From Ruditapes philippinarum (taxonomy: Eukaryota): a stretch of 64,000 nt of DNA. The notes beneath the pieces are model-generated. The model was not told the origin of the DNA. It ran no database searches and was given only the letters and a program-made list of their open reading frames with translations. Shown piece after piece: positions 25,601-37,963 of the stretch. How positions within the stretch are numbered: the first letter of the stretch is position 1; every line of letters begins with the position of its first letter. The position numbers were made by a program, and so were the translations under genes. The stretch spans positions 1 to 64,000 of the forward strand of contig NW_026863104.1 in assembly GCF_026571515.1 (NCBI RefSeq), read 5' to 3'.

Positions 25601-28600
25601 CAAAGTTCACTGTGACAACTATAGTGAAATCTTAACGCTCTTACCTGACCCACGCGTGCAAGGTTAGAAAACAATCATTTTATACTTCATACTGAGACAA
25701 GATCTGTTCCTGTGACTACCTAGTGTATTCATTTTGAGGACATTTACAGAACAATGAAGGAAAAATTCAAAACGAAGAAATATAAATTTTGCCTGTGTCT
25801 CCCTTTATGAACCAGGTTTTCAACGAAAACCGGGTTATTGTAATGCCGAAGTCGGCGGAATTGGGTGGGCGTCAACTTTTGGTTTCCGCTCAATAACTTT
25901 AGTTTGCTTTGGCCTATTGACACCAAACTTGTTGTGTAGGTAGCTTATATCAAGAGGCATCTTGAGATTGCTACCCAGGTGACTGTAATCAAGGTCAAGG
26001 TCACTGTTACTTAAAATAGAAATCTAGTTTCCGTTGAATAACTTGAGCTTGCTTTGGCCTATTGACACCAAACGTGGTGTATGGATAGCTTATATCAAGA
26101 GGCAGCTTTGGATTGCTACCCAGGTGTCTGTGATCAAGGTTAATGTATTCAGTTTTCACGTAATAACTGTGTGTTTGCCTTGACCTTTTGACAAAAAAAA
26201 TTGCTGTGTGGCAGCTTTGGATTGCCACTTAGATATCTGGGAGCAAGGTCATTTGTTTACAATAGAATTTTCAGTTTCTACACAATAAATTCAGTGCACT
26301 TTGACATATTGATTGCTGTCACATCAAAACTTGGTCGTTGAAAACGTGGTTTTCGTCGCATTGCGGCGCTTCTCGTACCTACTTAGCAACATCTTCTTAA
26401 ATGATCATAAAATACATTTTAATATAAAGTGTTTGAAGAGGGGGTCTTCTATAGATTTACATTCTTGTTTATGTGCAGGTCATCCACATGGTCAACTTAC
26501 ATGTTCGTAATCATAGATGACATCTGCCATATTAGAAATCCGCACGTCAACCTCTGTTTTTGTTACATTAATCTCCTCCTCAAATACGTCCCCTTCGTCA
26601 GATTTGAATGTTTGATGCACAACCTATGTAACATTAAATAAAATGTGCATTCTAAATGAAAGAATATATAACAAGCGATCCTATAATTCAACGGAATCAC
26701 TGAAAAAAACAACATTTTTATATATAATTTGATCATAAAGCTCAGGATACGATCAGGCAGTCAAATGGTGAATATATTTCTTTAGGTACCACTGGTTGGT
26801 ATATCAAGAGGAGGCATTTCAAAACTACATAAAGGAAATTACTGTGGAAAACAAAAGAAAAAAGTAAGTAATCAACTACCCCAACATTTACTAAATTTCA
26901 ATCAAATAAAATAAAACAATATATTTTGTCCAAGGTTTGTACGTTTTACTAATCCTCTTATGTTTCACAAATTTATTTCTGTTATAAACAAAAAACAAAA
27001 CAACATTATAAATAAAAGCAAATTAAACAAAAATAAACAAACAAAAAAAAACAAAGAAACAAATAAAAAAACGAAAAAAAAAGGTAAAAAGGGTAGTATA
27101 GCAAATATAATTAAAGGTGTTTTAGATATTTTAGTGTCAAAAAATTAAACTGGATTTGTTAAAAATAGATATATTGGAGAAAATACTAGATTATTATATG
27201 ATATAATGAAATATACTGAAGATAATAATATACCTGGTTTAATTATGATGATCGATTTCGAAAAAGCCTTTGATACATTGTCTTTTAAATTTATAGAAAA
27301 ATGTCTTTTACTGTTTAACTTTGGTCCTATGTTAAGGAAATGGATATCATTATTTTTATATAATACTGAAACTTGTTTATTCTAAATGGGTTTTTATCTA
27401 CATTCTTCAAGGTTAAACGAGGCTGTAGGCAAGGTGATCCAATTTCACCGTATATGTTCATTTTATGTGTAGAAATATTAGCTATTAAAATAAAACAATG
27501 TAACGATATTAAAGGTATACAGTCATATAGATCGTGAAGAATACAAAATTACACAATTTGCAGATGATACATCACTATTGTTAGATGGTACTGAAAAATC
27601 ATTAAATAATGCTCTAAAATTGGAATTTATTTTCAGAGATTTCTGGACTAAAAGTAAATTTTGATAAAACCAAAGTCATTTGGATAGGTTCCCTTAAGTG
27701 CAGTACTAGATCAATCAAGACAAAATGGAAACTTACATGGGGTGATACACAGTTTAAACTGCTAGGTTTGATATTTGATGTAGATTTAGACAAAATGATT
27801 GATTTGAATTTTTATGAAAAAAGGTAAGAAATAGTATAAGTCATTGAAAAAAAAGAATGTTGACACCAATAGGTAAAGTCACTGTTGTTAAGTCTATTTT
27901 ACTTCCATTATTTACACATTGTTTAACAAGTTTACCAACTCCTAGTGGAGTATTTTTAAAGACCCTCAATGATATATTGTATGACTTTATATGGGGAGGC
28001 AAGGCAAAAATAAAGCAATCAGTATGACAAAGACATACAAAGAATGTGGTCTTAACGTGGTTGATATTTATAGTTATATACACTGTTTAAAGATAAAATG
28101 GCTTAAAAGGTATGTTAATAATAGTGAAGGAAAATGCTTTAACCTTATAAAATCACTGTTTAATATTGATAAAATTTTTGATACTGGAAAATTGTTCTGT
28201 GATTTGATTATTAATAAGATTAAGATTCTTAAGATTAAGATTAAGATTAAGCCTATATTGTACTTATTGATAAGCTTAATATAGATGATATCGAACAAGT
28301 GCTACATATGCCACTATTTTATAACCATAAATTGTTAACAGGAAGTAATATTTTTTATTATATCTTTATATGATCTTGGATAAGATTTGTAAAGGATATT
28401 TTAAATCAACATGGAGAACTTTTAGACTTAAGTTACAAAGAACAAATTACATGTAAACCAATTAATTTTATACAGTATCATAGTTTGAAATTGGCAATAA
28501 AATGATACACACAAAACCTTAATATTTGTATTCAAAATGACTTACTGTATGTTCAGTATCCTATTATAAGTTGTTACATCAAACCTATTATAGTTGTCAA

Positions 28601-31213
28601 TAGCAACCATAAATATGTTTATGAAACCATGGTAACAACTATAGAGGTACCAAAATGCCAAGAAAAATGGATATCTACCTTTGGAGACATTTCCCTAAAT
28701 TGGCAGTTTATATATGGTAATGTATTTAAATGTACTAAAGATTCATACTTACAATGGTTTCAGACAAGAATTATTCACGGAATATTGGCAACAAACTCTC
28801 TTTTATTTCAAATGAAAATAGTTAATACTAAAATGTTCACTTTTTTGTGAATGTCAAGAAGAAACACTGATACATTTATTTTGGGAATGCAAAAAGATTC
28901 AGCCAATATTTCAGTTTCTGAAAGATATAATATAATAACATAATATTCATACCTTTTTTAATTGTAAATCTTTTATTCTTGGCTGTGAATTAAATGACTA
29001 TAGATATGATATTTTATTTTTAGAATTAAAAAGATATATATATTTATTATATACTTATAAATGAAATATTGAGAAATATTGATGAAATAAAATGCGTATT
29101 TTCATTTTCCGTATTTTCACTGTAAAAATTTATTTTTCACTGCAGTGAAACATATTTTCCGTATTTTCACTGGTGTCTTGTCGGACTACTTTCTTTTAAA
29201 TTCTACCAGTACACAAAATTTAAGGGAAAGTTTTTCAAATTTTATCACAAAAAAGAGAAAAAAGTACACAATAAACAGAAAATTCAAGTTTTTTCTATAA
29301 ATACATGATTTATTTTCATCTTGTGGCATGAAAATTACCATATTTCACTCGTGGCTACCGCCACTCATGAAATATTTATTTTCATACCACTCGATGAAAA
29401 TATATCATGTATTTATAGAAAAAACTTGAATATCCTCTATTTATTTAATTTTACCCATGAAATATGGTGCTACATCAGTGAAATATATTTCATATTTTTA
29501 AAAAAAATAAATATGAAATATGAATATGGAAATTGGCGGAGTCAAAACTCATATTTTTTAAGGGACTTCTTCCGCCATTTTGTTTTAAAATTTGAAAAAT
29601 ACAAAACAACTTTTTGTTGAATTTTGCTTTGAAAACTATCTAGAATGATAGAAAATGGTCTAACTAAGAAAATAAATCCGAACACCAATATCTTTAATTC
29701 AATTATTAACGCTGTACAGAAGTTTAAACAATTGTTTACGTGACGTCACAATGAAGCGCCAAATAATGCGTGCAAAACCAGACGCAATAATATATTACTG
29801 CGCGCTGTACAATTGCAGTTGCGTAGCAAGCAATAGGGTTCGTAACCATTTTTCTTTAATAATGAAATTAAATAAAAAAGTTATTTTTTTCTTTTTCGTG
29901 AAATATGGTATATATTTTCACTCAACATGATAAAATGCCACATATTTTTACTCGCCGTCCCGGCTCGTGAAAATATGTGGCATTTTATCATGTTTCGTGA
30001 AGTATATTCCATATTTCACTCAAACGAAAAAATATCCTCTCAATATTTGTCTGAGCGAAAATAATTGTTACCTACTTGTACTGGTTTTAAAAATAGCTTG
30101 AAGTTAGCTTGGAATTGTTATAAAATATAAATTTGACAACAGAAGAAATCAATAGATGGGCAATTGTTAAATCTTTTAATTCGTAACTGAAATAACTACA
30201 TCAAAATTTGGTTATTCCACTTATATAAAAGATAACAACTTCTATGCATCCTATATATTTCTCACACAATCGAACAAAGAAAATCCAATAGAATTTGCAA
30301 ATAAATCTTATTAAAAAAAACCAATAAGGACCTACCTTGTATGCTTCTGTTGTAATTTTTGGTCCAAAATGGACAGACACAAGGACAATAGCTGCAACAG
30401 CTGTCAAGGCAACAACACCAGCTTCCACTCCAACTATAATTATTTTGTTCGAACATCCCTTAGATACTTCATTGTGAACCTTGAAATATTTTCATAAAAA
30501 ATAATTTAAAATAAATTATACATTTATTTATAAATTAAATATAGTTGTATCCTAATAATACGATCAAAGGTTATGTGTTAAAATGCAAGGTAGCGGACGC
30601 ACAAACATTTCTGTTAAAAAGTGCCATCTGGTTTTTAAATAAATAACCGCAGTATTAGTATTAGTTTAAAATTGTTTAATGCCTGAACTTCATATCAAGG
30701 CATAAGTTAATTTGACATTAAAGTCTGAAGTCAAAGGTTGTGACCAAATATAAAGGATTATAACCTCTTGATTTGGTTTTTATTTTTACATTAAATTACC
30801 CAATCTTTAATAACTTTACACTTGTGTCACAATATTATTTTACGACAGCTTTTCCTTTTGAAGTAATATAAGTTTAACTTCAGTTTAAGAATCATAATCA
30901 ATGTTAACAAATCAGCACTTGAAATTTAAATTCAATTTAGAGTACATTTGTTATGTAGACAAAAGGTTAATGACGTTTTCACATCAGCACCTTACACAAC
31001 TTTACATAAACTTACTAAAATATTGCAGTTTTAATATAATAAAGGCAAAATCAAAATCATTTATAATGCATCCAAAATATTTAAGAACTAAGTATGGCTA
31101 GTGGTTACGAATATAAGTCTTCAGCATTTAATGATACTCAAAAGATAGGAATGTATGCTCATAAATGAACTAGATATCATTTGAAGTATTTTTCTGAAGA
31201 CGAATCTTACCAT
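19605..31213 (-). CDS. BRICHOS-domain type II membrane proprotein, paralog A (236 aa; 253 aa if the ATG at 31264 is used), with a C-terminal 4-Cys beta-hairpin-like peptide
   Basis: GT-AG exons 31213-31211 (ATG), 30479-30336, 26623-26501, 25171-25052, 24855-24720 and 19789-19605 join without stops: M|[48 protein letters not shown]|[41 protein letters not shown]|[40 protein letters not shown]|[45 protein letters not shown]|[68 protein letters not shown] hallmarks: VIYDY Asp, first Cys (SECI), second Cys followed by xxxxIYW. Confidence 0.85.
19821..20180. repeat. 128-bp tandem repeat (~2.8 units) in the last intron of BRICHOS-A
   Basis: Units start at 19821, 19949 and 20077. The paralogous intron (~38198-38300) has one unit. 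Confidence 0.85.
20181..24629 (-). mobile_element. Sola1-like DNA transposon, decayed, encoding an OTU-like domain and a transposase
   Basis: ~38-bp TIRs tcgaggattcaaaggtaaaaggtaataactgccatttt / aaaatggtagttattacctttaacctttgaaccctcga. Inserted in ATAT (right copy exact, left ATAAT); the empty site is at ~38292. Transposase motifs CSKCRFKC, FDLQAILTTP..FYYKRKLCCYNL and GHSEMECDSIHASIE in ORFs 21766-22587 and 21177-21527. Confidence 0.8.
25806..26377 (+). mobile_element. Helentron/HINE-type non-autonomous element with ~150-bp internal repeats, intronic
   Basis: 5' 'accaggttttcaacgaaaaccgggt' palindrome. Repeated 'aataactt..gctttggcctattgacaccaaac' units. 3' 'gaaaacgtggtttt' inverse plus the hairpin 'cgtcgcattgcggcg'. 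Confidence 0.7.
27125..29045 (+). mobile_element. Decayed 5'-truncated L1/Tx1-clade LINE (ORF2 RT), antisense within intron 2 of BRICHOS-A
   Basis: Translated fragments GFVKNRYIGENTRLLYDIM, IDFEKAFD, RGCRQGDPISPYMFILCVEIL, ITQFADDT and WFQTRIIHGILATN, with many stops and frameshifts. Absent from the paralogous intron (~40125). Confidence 0.85.
29066..30041. mobile_element. Two adjacent hairpin-bearing non-autonomous elements (Crypton-like, tentative)
   Basis: Both end in 'aatatcctct' (about 29438 and 30040). The second is the reverse complement of 17980-18337 and 36590-37140. Confidence 0.55.
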
Positions 31214-31290
31214 CTTAGCTCTTCCAACTTTGCAATCTGGGTAGTTCTTGTGATTTCTATCCATATCTAAAATTAAAAAAGTAAATTACA

Positions 31291-31624
31291 TAGAGGATAT
31301 TGAATGAGTTTAATACTAGTTGACTAAAACAATATTATGCGAGCCTCTGGCGAGCACAATATTGTTTAAAACAACTCGTTCAATAAATTTAGTACTGACT
31401 CTACACGAACATAATATTCTTTTTATCACATAATTATATAAAATTAGAACGGTAAACTGTTAACAAGAGCCATTTTTATTTTACGCGCTAACGTGTAACG
31501 CTAACATTAGCGCAAATGACGTCACATCAAAGTGTTATTACACTAGACTGTAATATCGTCTAGTGTAACATCGTTTTTCATTAAATGGCTTTATAACACT
31601 CCTGCGTCGCGGTTTATGTGATAA
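31291..31624. mobile_element. Insertion without an evident TSD, with a subterminal hairpin (Crypton-like MITE, tentative)
   Basis: Present in copy A and absent at ~44088 in copy B. Starts tagaggatatt, has a stem around gcgagcctctggcgagc, and an internal ttatcacataa inverted to the terminal ttatgtgataa. Confidence 0.6.
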
Positions 31625-33301
31625 TTATATTTCATTACACTACATTATATTACATTACATTATATTACATTACATTACATTGCATTAACTTATTCTACAT
31701 TTAGCTGTTCAAAACACAATGTATATAAGGTTTACATGTCAGTCAGTACAAAAGATGTCACTCTTTTAAATCAGACCTTACTTAGGTTTATCAAATAGAT
31801 AGAAAAACTTCTCTTTGTTGTCAATACAGCATTCATGTTTGTATTTGAGGGCTTCATTCATTACACTTTACATATAGATCATATACTGCAGGGGACGGCA
31901 AAAAAATGTTCATATTGTCCAGGTTGTCCCACAGCAAACAAGTGAAAATTTTCCCCAGTTTTCTTTAAATATATCATCGAGACATGCAAAAAGAAGTTTA
32001 AGATAAAACAGAAAAGTAAGTCAAAATCAGATTTTATATTCCATTTGATTAGATTTTAGGAGTGATTTTTGACACTTTACTGCAAGTATTTGAATACAAT
32101 ATTATATTATATGTTAATGCTTGAAGTTGTAATATATTAGGCTATTCTGGTTTCTAAATAAATAAATAACCCGTATTATAGATATGCAAGTTCCAGAGAC
32201 CTTAAATTACTCTTGTCCGCCCTTTCTTATAAAAAAAGATTGAATAAGGAGCAGGATGAGTAGAAAGAAGTTAGCAGCTACTTGTCCTGTAAAATGAGTG
32301 CCTCTGATTTTTCCCCATTTCTACTGCAACTTAAGCTGAAAAGTTGAAAAGTTGATATACTTTACGTAAATATCCTACATTTTACAAGGGAGATTTTTGG
32401 CAAACCTATACAATTAACCCCCTTTTACATGTTGCATGTATTTACATATCATAAACAAAGGCAATGATTTAGCCACATCTTTTTCTGTATTTCTTTCCAA
32501 TTTAACAATCTAATATGACATCATTACTATATATAAAATCAAAATCATTCAAGTGATATCAGTCATTTTAAGTGCAAGCAAGAGCACCGCATGTGGTGTT
32601 TAAATATTTGTCTGTTAAAAACTGGGGCAAAACTCCAAGAATATTGTTTTCAGAATTATGCCCCATGTATGACAACTGTATCTTGTCATGATGAGCAAAT
32701 ATTCCAAGTTTCATGTTGCTACCTTCTGCAATGTTTCTACAACCCAAATATGCAGCAGCGATCATATAAGCTGGACTTTCACAACAGATGAGCTAAAATA
32801 ACCCTTTTATAATATACTTCATCGCATTTTACTATATATTCAAACAAAATTGATATATTTAGCAAAATTGGCATAATGTCCTTTTGGATTACACTTTGAG
32901 TATAATATAGCTTTTTCAAGTTGTATTTGTTAATGTGATACATGCATAAAATATAAAAAGACATACACAGGTTTTTAATAAACCTCCATATACGTAATCT
33001 GAATGTTTAAAATCCTATAAAGGCATTCCAACATAATTTGTTAAAAAATAAATTCAATTGTTGAATCACATTTTTACTCACTGTAAGTACAATTGAAACA
33101 AAAGTACAATATTAGATGGTCTGATTCAATGATGATGAGTCTGTATTCACAAAGTCGTAAAAAACATCTTATCTAAATTTTCCTTTCTGATCTCATACCT
33201 TTTTTATTTACAACCATTATGAACTACTTCTGTTTTAAAAATCAACACAATCATTTACAGAATCCTTTTTTTTCTTCAAAATAATCTCTACAGCAACTCA
33301 C

Positions 33302-33363
33302 CTGTATTGCTAAGCTATTTCAATAACAATTCCCAACCTTCAAATTCTACATATGATCAAACT
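33302..33363 (-). other. Probable 5' UTR exon of BRICHOS-A; a further donor lies at 33581
   Basis: Minus-strand attttag|...cag|gtgagt, conserved in copy B (~46645-46706). Stops occur in all frames. Confidence 0.5.
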
Positions 33364-34447
33364 CTAAAATAGGGAGTAATAAAGAATCCCTAAAGAACGC
33401 ACAAGACGACACAATATGTTGCAGGCTAAAACAATGTAAGAGTGTTATACCTGGCCATTTAAAACATACAGCAATTGTTATTTGTATTTATGAGAATAAA
33501 TAACAATGCATGGGAATTCTAACCACCAGTAATAGTTGATGAATAGTTACAGTGCAAGCCATGGATGCTGTGTTAACTTACCTGTGATGTCTTGCAAGTA
33601 GGATATAGCCCAGTATAGCCCTCTGTCATTCCCGGAATTCATCTATATCTATGAGCAGTAGCAGCTGTGGGCTAACTTCAAACATTAATTTCAATTACAT
33701 TGTTTCCAATACAGAATTATATGAATTAGAAATAAAATATTTCAAATAAAACATTTCAAAACCTCAACATGAAAAATGTGTTCAGATTGAAATCATGAAT
33801 AATATTGAAATAGTTAAATTACCATGTAACATATGCACATACAACACGTACAGAAATGCTGATGGATAATTGATTTACAATAACACAAGATCACTGCGGT
33901 ATACCGTGCCCCGGATAATGCTCGATATTATGAGGACTTTCATCCAATTTCGCGACTTTGAACAGGGAACGAAGGTTAGTTCAGCGACGATATTTTCCAA
34001 ACTAATGGCTATTTCATTTATCTCAACGGGTTTTATATATCTAGAGGTATTTTTGTAGCTCTAAAAGACGTAGAAGTATAACAGGTATTTGTAAAATTGA
34101 TTAAACTACCACTAAACGATCCACTGCTCACTAGAAAATACTGACGAGAGTTGGTAAGCGAACAGCATGGATCCTGATCAGACTGCGCGGATGCGATGGC
34201 TGGTCTGGATCCATGCTGGTCGCGAACGCACTTTGTTGGTTTTGTCATGACGCGGCTCATATTTCCAATCACCTCGTGTCAGAAAACCTCAGTGGAGTCC
34301 CTTAAAATTTAACATATCACTGTTTTAATTTTTATTTAATAGTAAATCAATTAAACTGAATAAGACTGTTTGTGTTCATGCAACAATTAAGAAAATGTGA
34401 TAATTAAAGTTTTGATACTAGCTAGTCTCGGTCTTTATTTTATATAG

Positions 34448-35837
34448 GTTTTTACCAAAAGAAGACACGGCTGCATGTAAGAAATTGCAAAGGAAATTAT
34501 CACAAGTATGCCATAAACACCAGCAAGCACTTGAATCCTTACAGAAAGCTATTACGGTAAGTTTTAGTTTTAATATTTGTAACACAAAAAAATGCTGACT
34601 ATTCTTATAACTTGTATAGCTAAAATCTACTTTATAAACTGTTATAAAGTTAAGCTGTATCAACTTAAATGATGCCACGTTAATCATTGGTTGTTTTTTT
34701 TTATTTCATTCAAAGAGTTTACAACTTCTTGTATATATCATTTCTGTCAAATTACTTCCGGAAGTTTCAAGAGCTCTTCATAAAGATATTGATCTACACA
34801 AATCAATTCATCAAACCATTTTCTAATATTATCAAACTTATAATACCCACCATTATGAGCATTTCAACATTAAAGTGATGGATTTGTCAGTCCAAAACAT
34901 TGGACTGACTGTAACACATTCTAAAGATGGAACATCTTTTTCATAAAAGTATATATATATAAAAACAATATATAACAAGTTTATTGAATTTGACTTTTAT
35001 TTATAAAAAAACTCTTAAATGATAAGGAATACAAAGAACTGGACAGGAAATGTTTGGATGCATACAATTGATACATTGTATGATGGGACTTGATTAATCT
35101 TCTATTTGATGTAAGTCTAGACCTATACCTTGAGAACAAAATTTCAATTACTTTGAGCACTCCTTTTTTACCAGAATGATAATTCTAATTATGAAAAATG
35201 ACCATAAACTGAAAAGCGTTGCAACGCTTTTACTCAAATTGGACTAAGAATGGCACACAATACGTTTTCAATTTCTTTCTGGCAATAGTTCTTACTTACC
35301 TTAAAAAATATGCCCTTTATATTTTCAGTATTTAGATGAGAGGAGCTCTATGTATGGGCGAATTCCACTTTAGATGTTAAAGGGAAAGATTGTATGCTCA
35401 AATTAAAACGAGGTGAGACAATTTCATGGTATATGCGGGTAATCATACTCAATATGCGTCACTTTTTTCATCTTTATAAAAGCACAATTTATAAAGAAAT
35501 ATGGATTCCCTTAATATTGTAATTGCTGTTCAGAATTAGAATTCAGAAAATGAGCCGTATTGTTAAATACTGTGTAAGATATTTACAAATTGTAGTTTTT
35601 ATTTTAAAAATCGTTTTATGTTATTAACATGAAAGATATATTGTATTATAGATATAAATTGTAATCTATTGTTAAAATATTTTTTCTTCTTCTTAAGATA
35701 TTAACATTAAACAGAAGTTTTGTTCTGCTGATGGCAGCCGTGCATTTGGTTGGACAAGAAAGTTTGGATGCGGGAACAAGCATTATGGATTCTATTCAAC
35801 GAATGAAAAAAGACTTGTCCGATTAAAATTCAATTAA
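34448..35837 (+). pseudogene. Partial duplicate of the orphan gene (exon 4, start of exon 5, exons 9 and 10)
   Basis: Exons 34448-34556, ~35336-35383 (same TAG, donor mutated) and 35698-35837 ending FYSTNEKRLVRLKFN*. An internal deletion of ~2 kb at ~35066 removes exons 5-8. Confidence 0.7.
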
Positions 35838-37963
35838 TCTTTTATTTATAAAAATCTGCAAATATTAAATAAATATTTATTTTGAATCACATTCAGGGTT
35901 ATTTTCTTTTTATTTCTCTCGGCGTATCTATATAATTATATTAACACAATTTTGGTCAAACTATTTAAATTTGCTTAAATTGTCTTAGCTTTGTTATTTA
36001 TTTATCGATTGGAAGAATTTTGACTAAAAAATCGGGATGTGAAATAACTCAAATATGACCTTGACATTTAATTGATATTGAATGTCAATGTCAAATCATC
36101 TAAATTTGCTCGTCATAACTTTATTATTTATTTACCGATTGGATTTAGTTTTGGACAAAATAACACTTATGACAAAACCGATATGTTAATTTTTTCTAAT
36201 ATAGCATTGGCCTTATGTTACTCGGGATGTTAAATAACTCTAATATGACCTTGACCTTTAATTGACCTTGAATGTCAAGGTCAAATCATTTAAATTTGCT
36301 TAGATTGTTATAACTTTGTTATTTATTTACAGATTTGATTTTTACTTCAACAAAAGAACACATATGGCAAACCAAGATGTTGATTTAATTCAAATATGGC
36401 ATTGGCCTTAAAGGGTATAAATCTATGTCTTATGAAATATTTCTATAAAATTTATCAACAGTAAAATAATATTGGTTCCTTTATTATATGGTGGATTCCC
36501 GAAAAAGTTGTAACATAGAATGTCTCTTTTATTTAACACTCATGAATATTGTACGTAAACAGAATGAAATGTTCCAGAATTAAATATTAAGTGGATATTT
36601 TTTCGTTTGAGTGAAATATGGGGTATATTTTCACTCAACATGATAAAATGCCACATATTTTCACGAGCCGGGACGGGAGAATATTTCAAGAAAAACGAAA
36701 AAATAACCTTTTTATTTAATTTCATTATCAAAGAAAAATGGTTACGAACCACCTTGCTTGCTGCAATTGTACAGCGCGCAGTGATATATAATTTATAGAT
36801 GCGTCTTGTTTTGCACGCGATATTTGGCGCTACATTGTGACGTCACGTAACAACTCTTTAAACGTCTGTACAACGTTAGTGACCGAATTAAAGATATTGG
36901 TGTTCGGATTTATTTTCTTAGTTAGACCATTTTCTATCATTCTAGATAGTTTTCAAAACAAAATTCAACAAAAGTTGTTTTGTATTTATCAGATTTTTCA
37001 AACAAAATGGCGAAAGAAGACCCTTAAAATAAATATGAGTTTTGACTCCGCCCACTTTCATATTTATATTTCATATTTATTTTTAAAAAATATGAAATAT
37101 ATTTGACAGATATAGCACCATATTTCATGGGTAAAATCAAAAAAATATTCCATATTGAATTATTAGGGAATGTGATAGAATATTTTTACATTTTAACCTA
37201 ACAATTCATACAATCTCATACTAAAATATCGCTTAAGAAATACACAAAAAGACTGGTAGTGAAATGAAATGTAAAATGAAAACAAATAAGTTAAACGAAT
37301 CTTTAGCTAAGAGCACGTTTAGACTCAAATCAAGGTCAAAGTATAAAATACAGACGCAGATCGTTGAAATAATCTTTATTCTAATTATTTATTGGATATA
37401 CCACGTTGAAAAAGAAAGGAAGTTAGTTTTACATATCAAAGCAATAAGAAACAGAATAAATCGGATATACATTTACATGAAAATATGAAAAAAACTTTTA
37501 CCATATGTAACTTTGCAAAACATTAAAATGTCTTCCATACATAAAACGGTCAAATCGTATATCAAGCTAGAGATTATTAAAGTTAAAAAAGAAAAAAACT
37601 GCAAACAGACATCCGTGACACCTAAAAGTACGTAATCTATATGATCATAAGGTAAGAAATTTAAAAAAAAAATATTGTCAAAACATATTAACCCTCAAAA
37701 TGCTAAATAATGCAACATTGTGATTTTACAAATGGAAACATGTGTTTTACCTGAAAATATGTAAATTCTAGGAAAAGAAATCATCATTGAAACATACTTG
37801 AATAATAATCATACTCATATAATTCCTAATATGTTTAAATAAACACCTTTTTATATTTAACATACCGTTGTAATTTTCAAAGAGTATGTTACATGGTGTT
37901 TAGGAGTCAATCAAGTAAATACGTTATGTTGAATTGCAAATCACAAGAGTTGTTATTGAAATA

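Noticed and set aside
26960-27148. Lys/Asn-rich ORF
   Set aside because: An A-rich intronic microsatellite next to the LINE insertion.
30262-30456. Cys-rich ORF WCCCLDSCCSYCPCVC resembling a toxin or metallothionein
   Set aside because: It is an alternative frame of the BRICHOS TM exon; splice phases support the hydrophobic frame.
31782-33720. Possible additional upstream coding exons of the BRICHOS genes
   Set aside because: Splice-like signals exist, but frames contain stops in both copies and a MITE interrupts one candidate in copy B. I treat them as UTR or relic exons.
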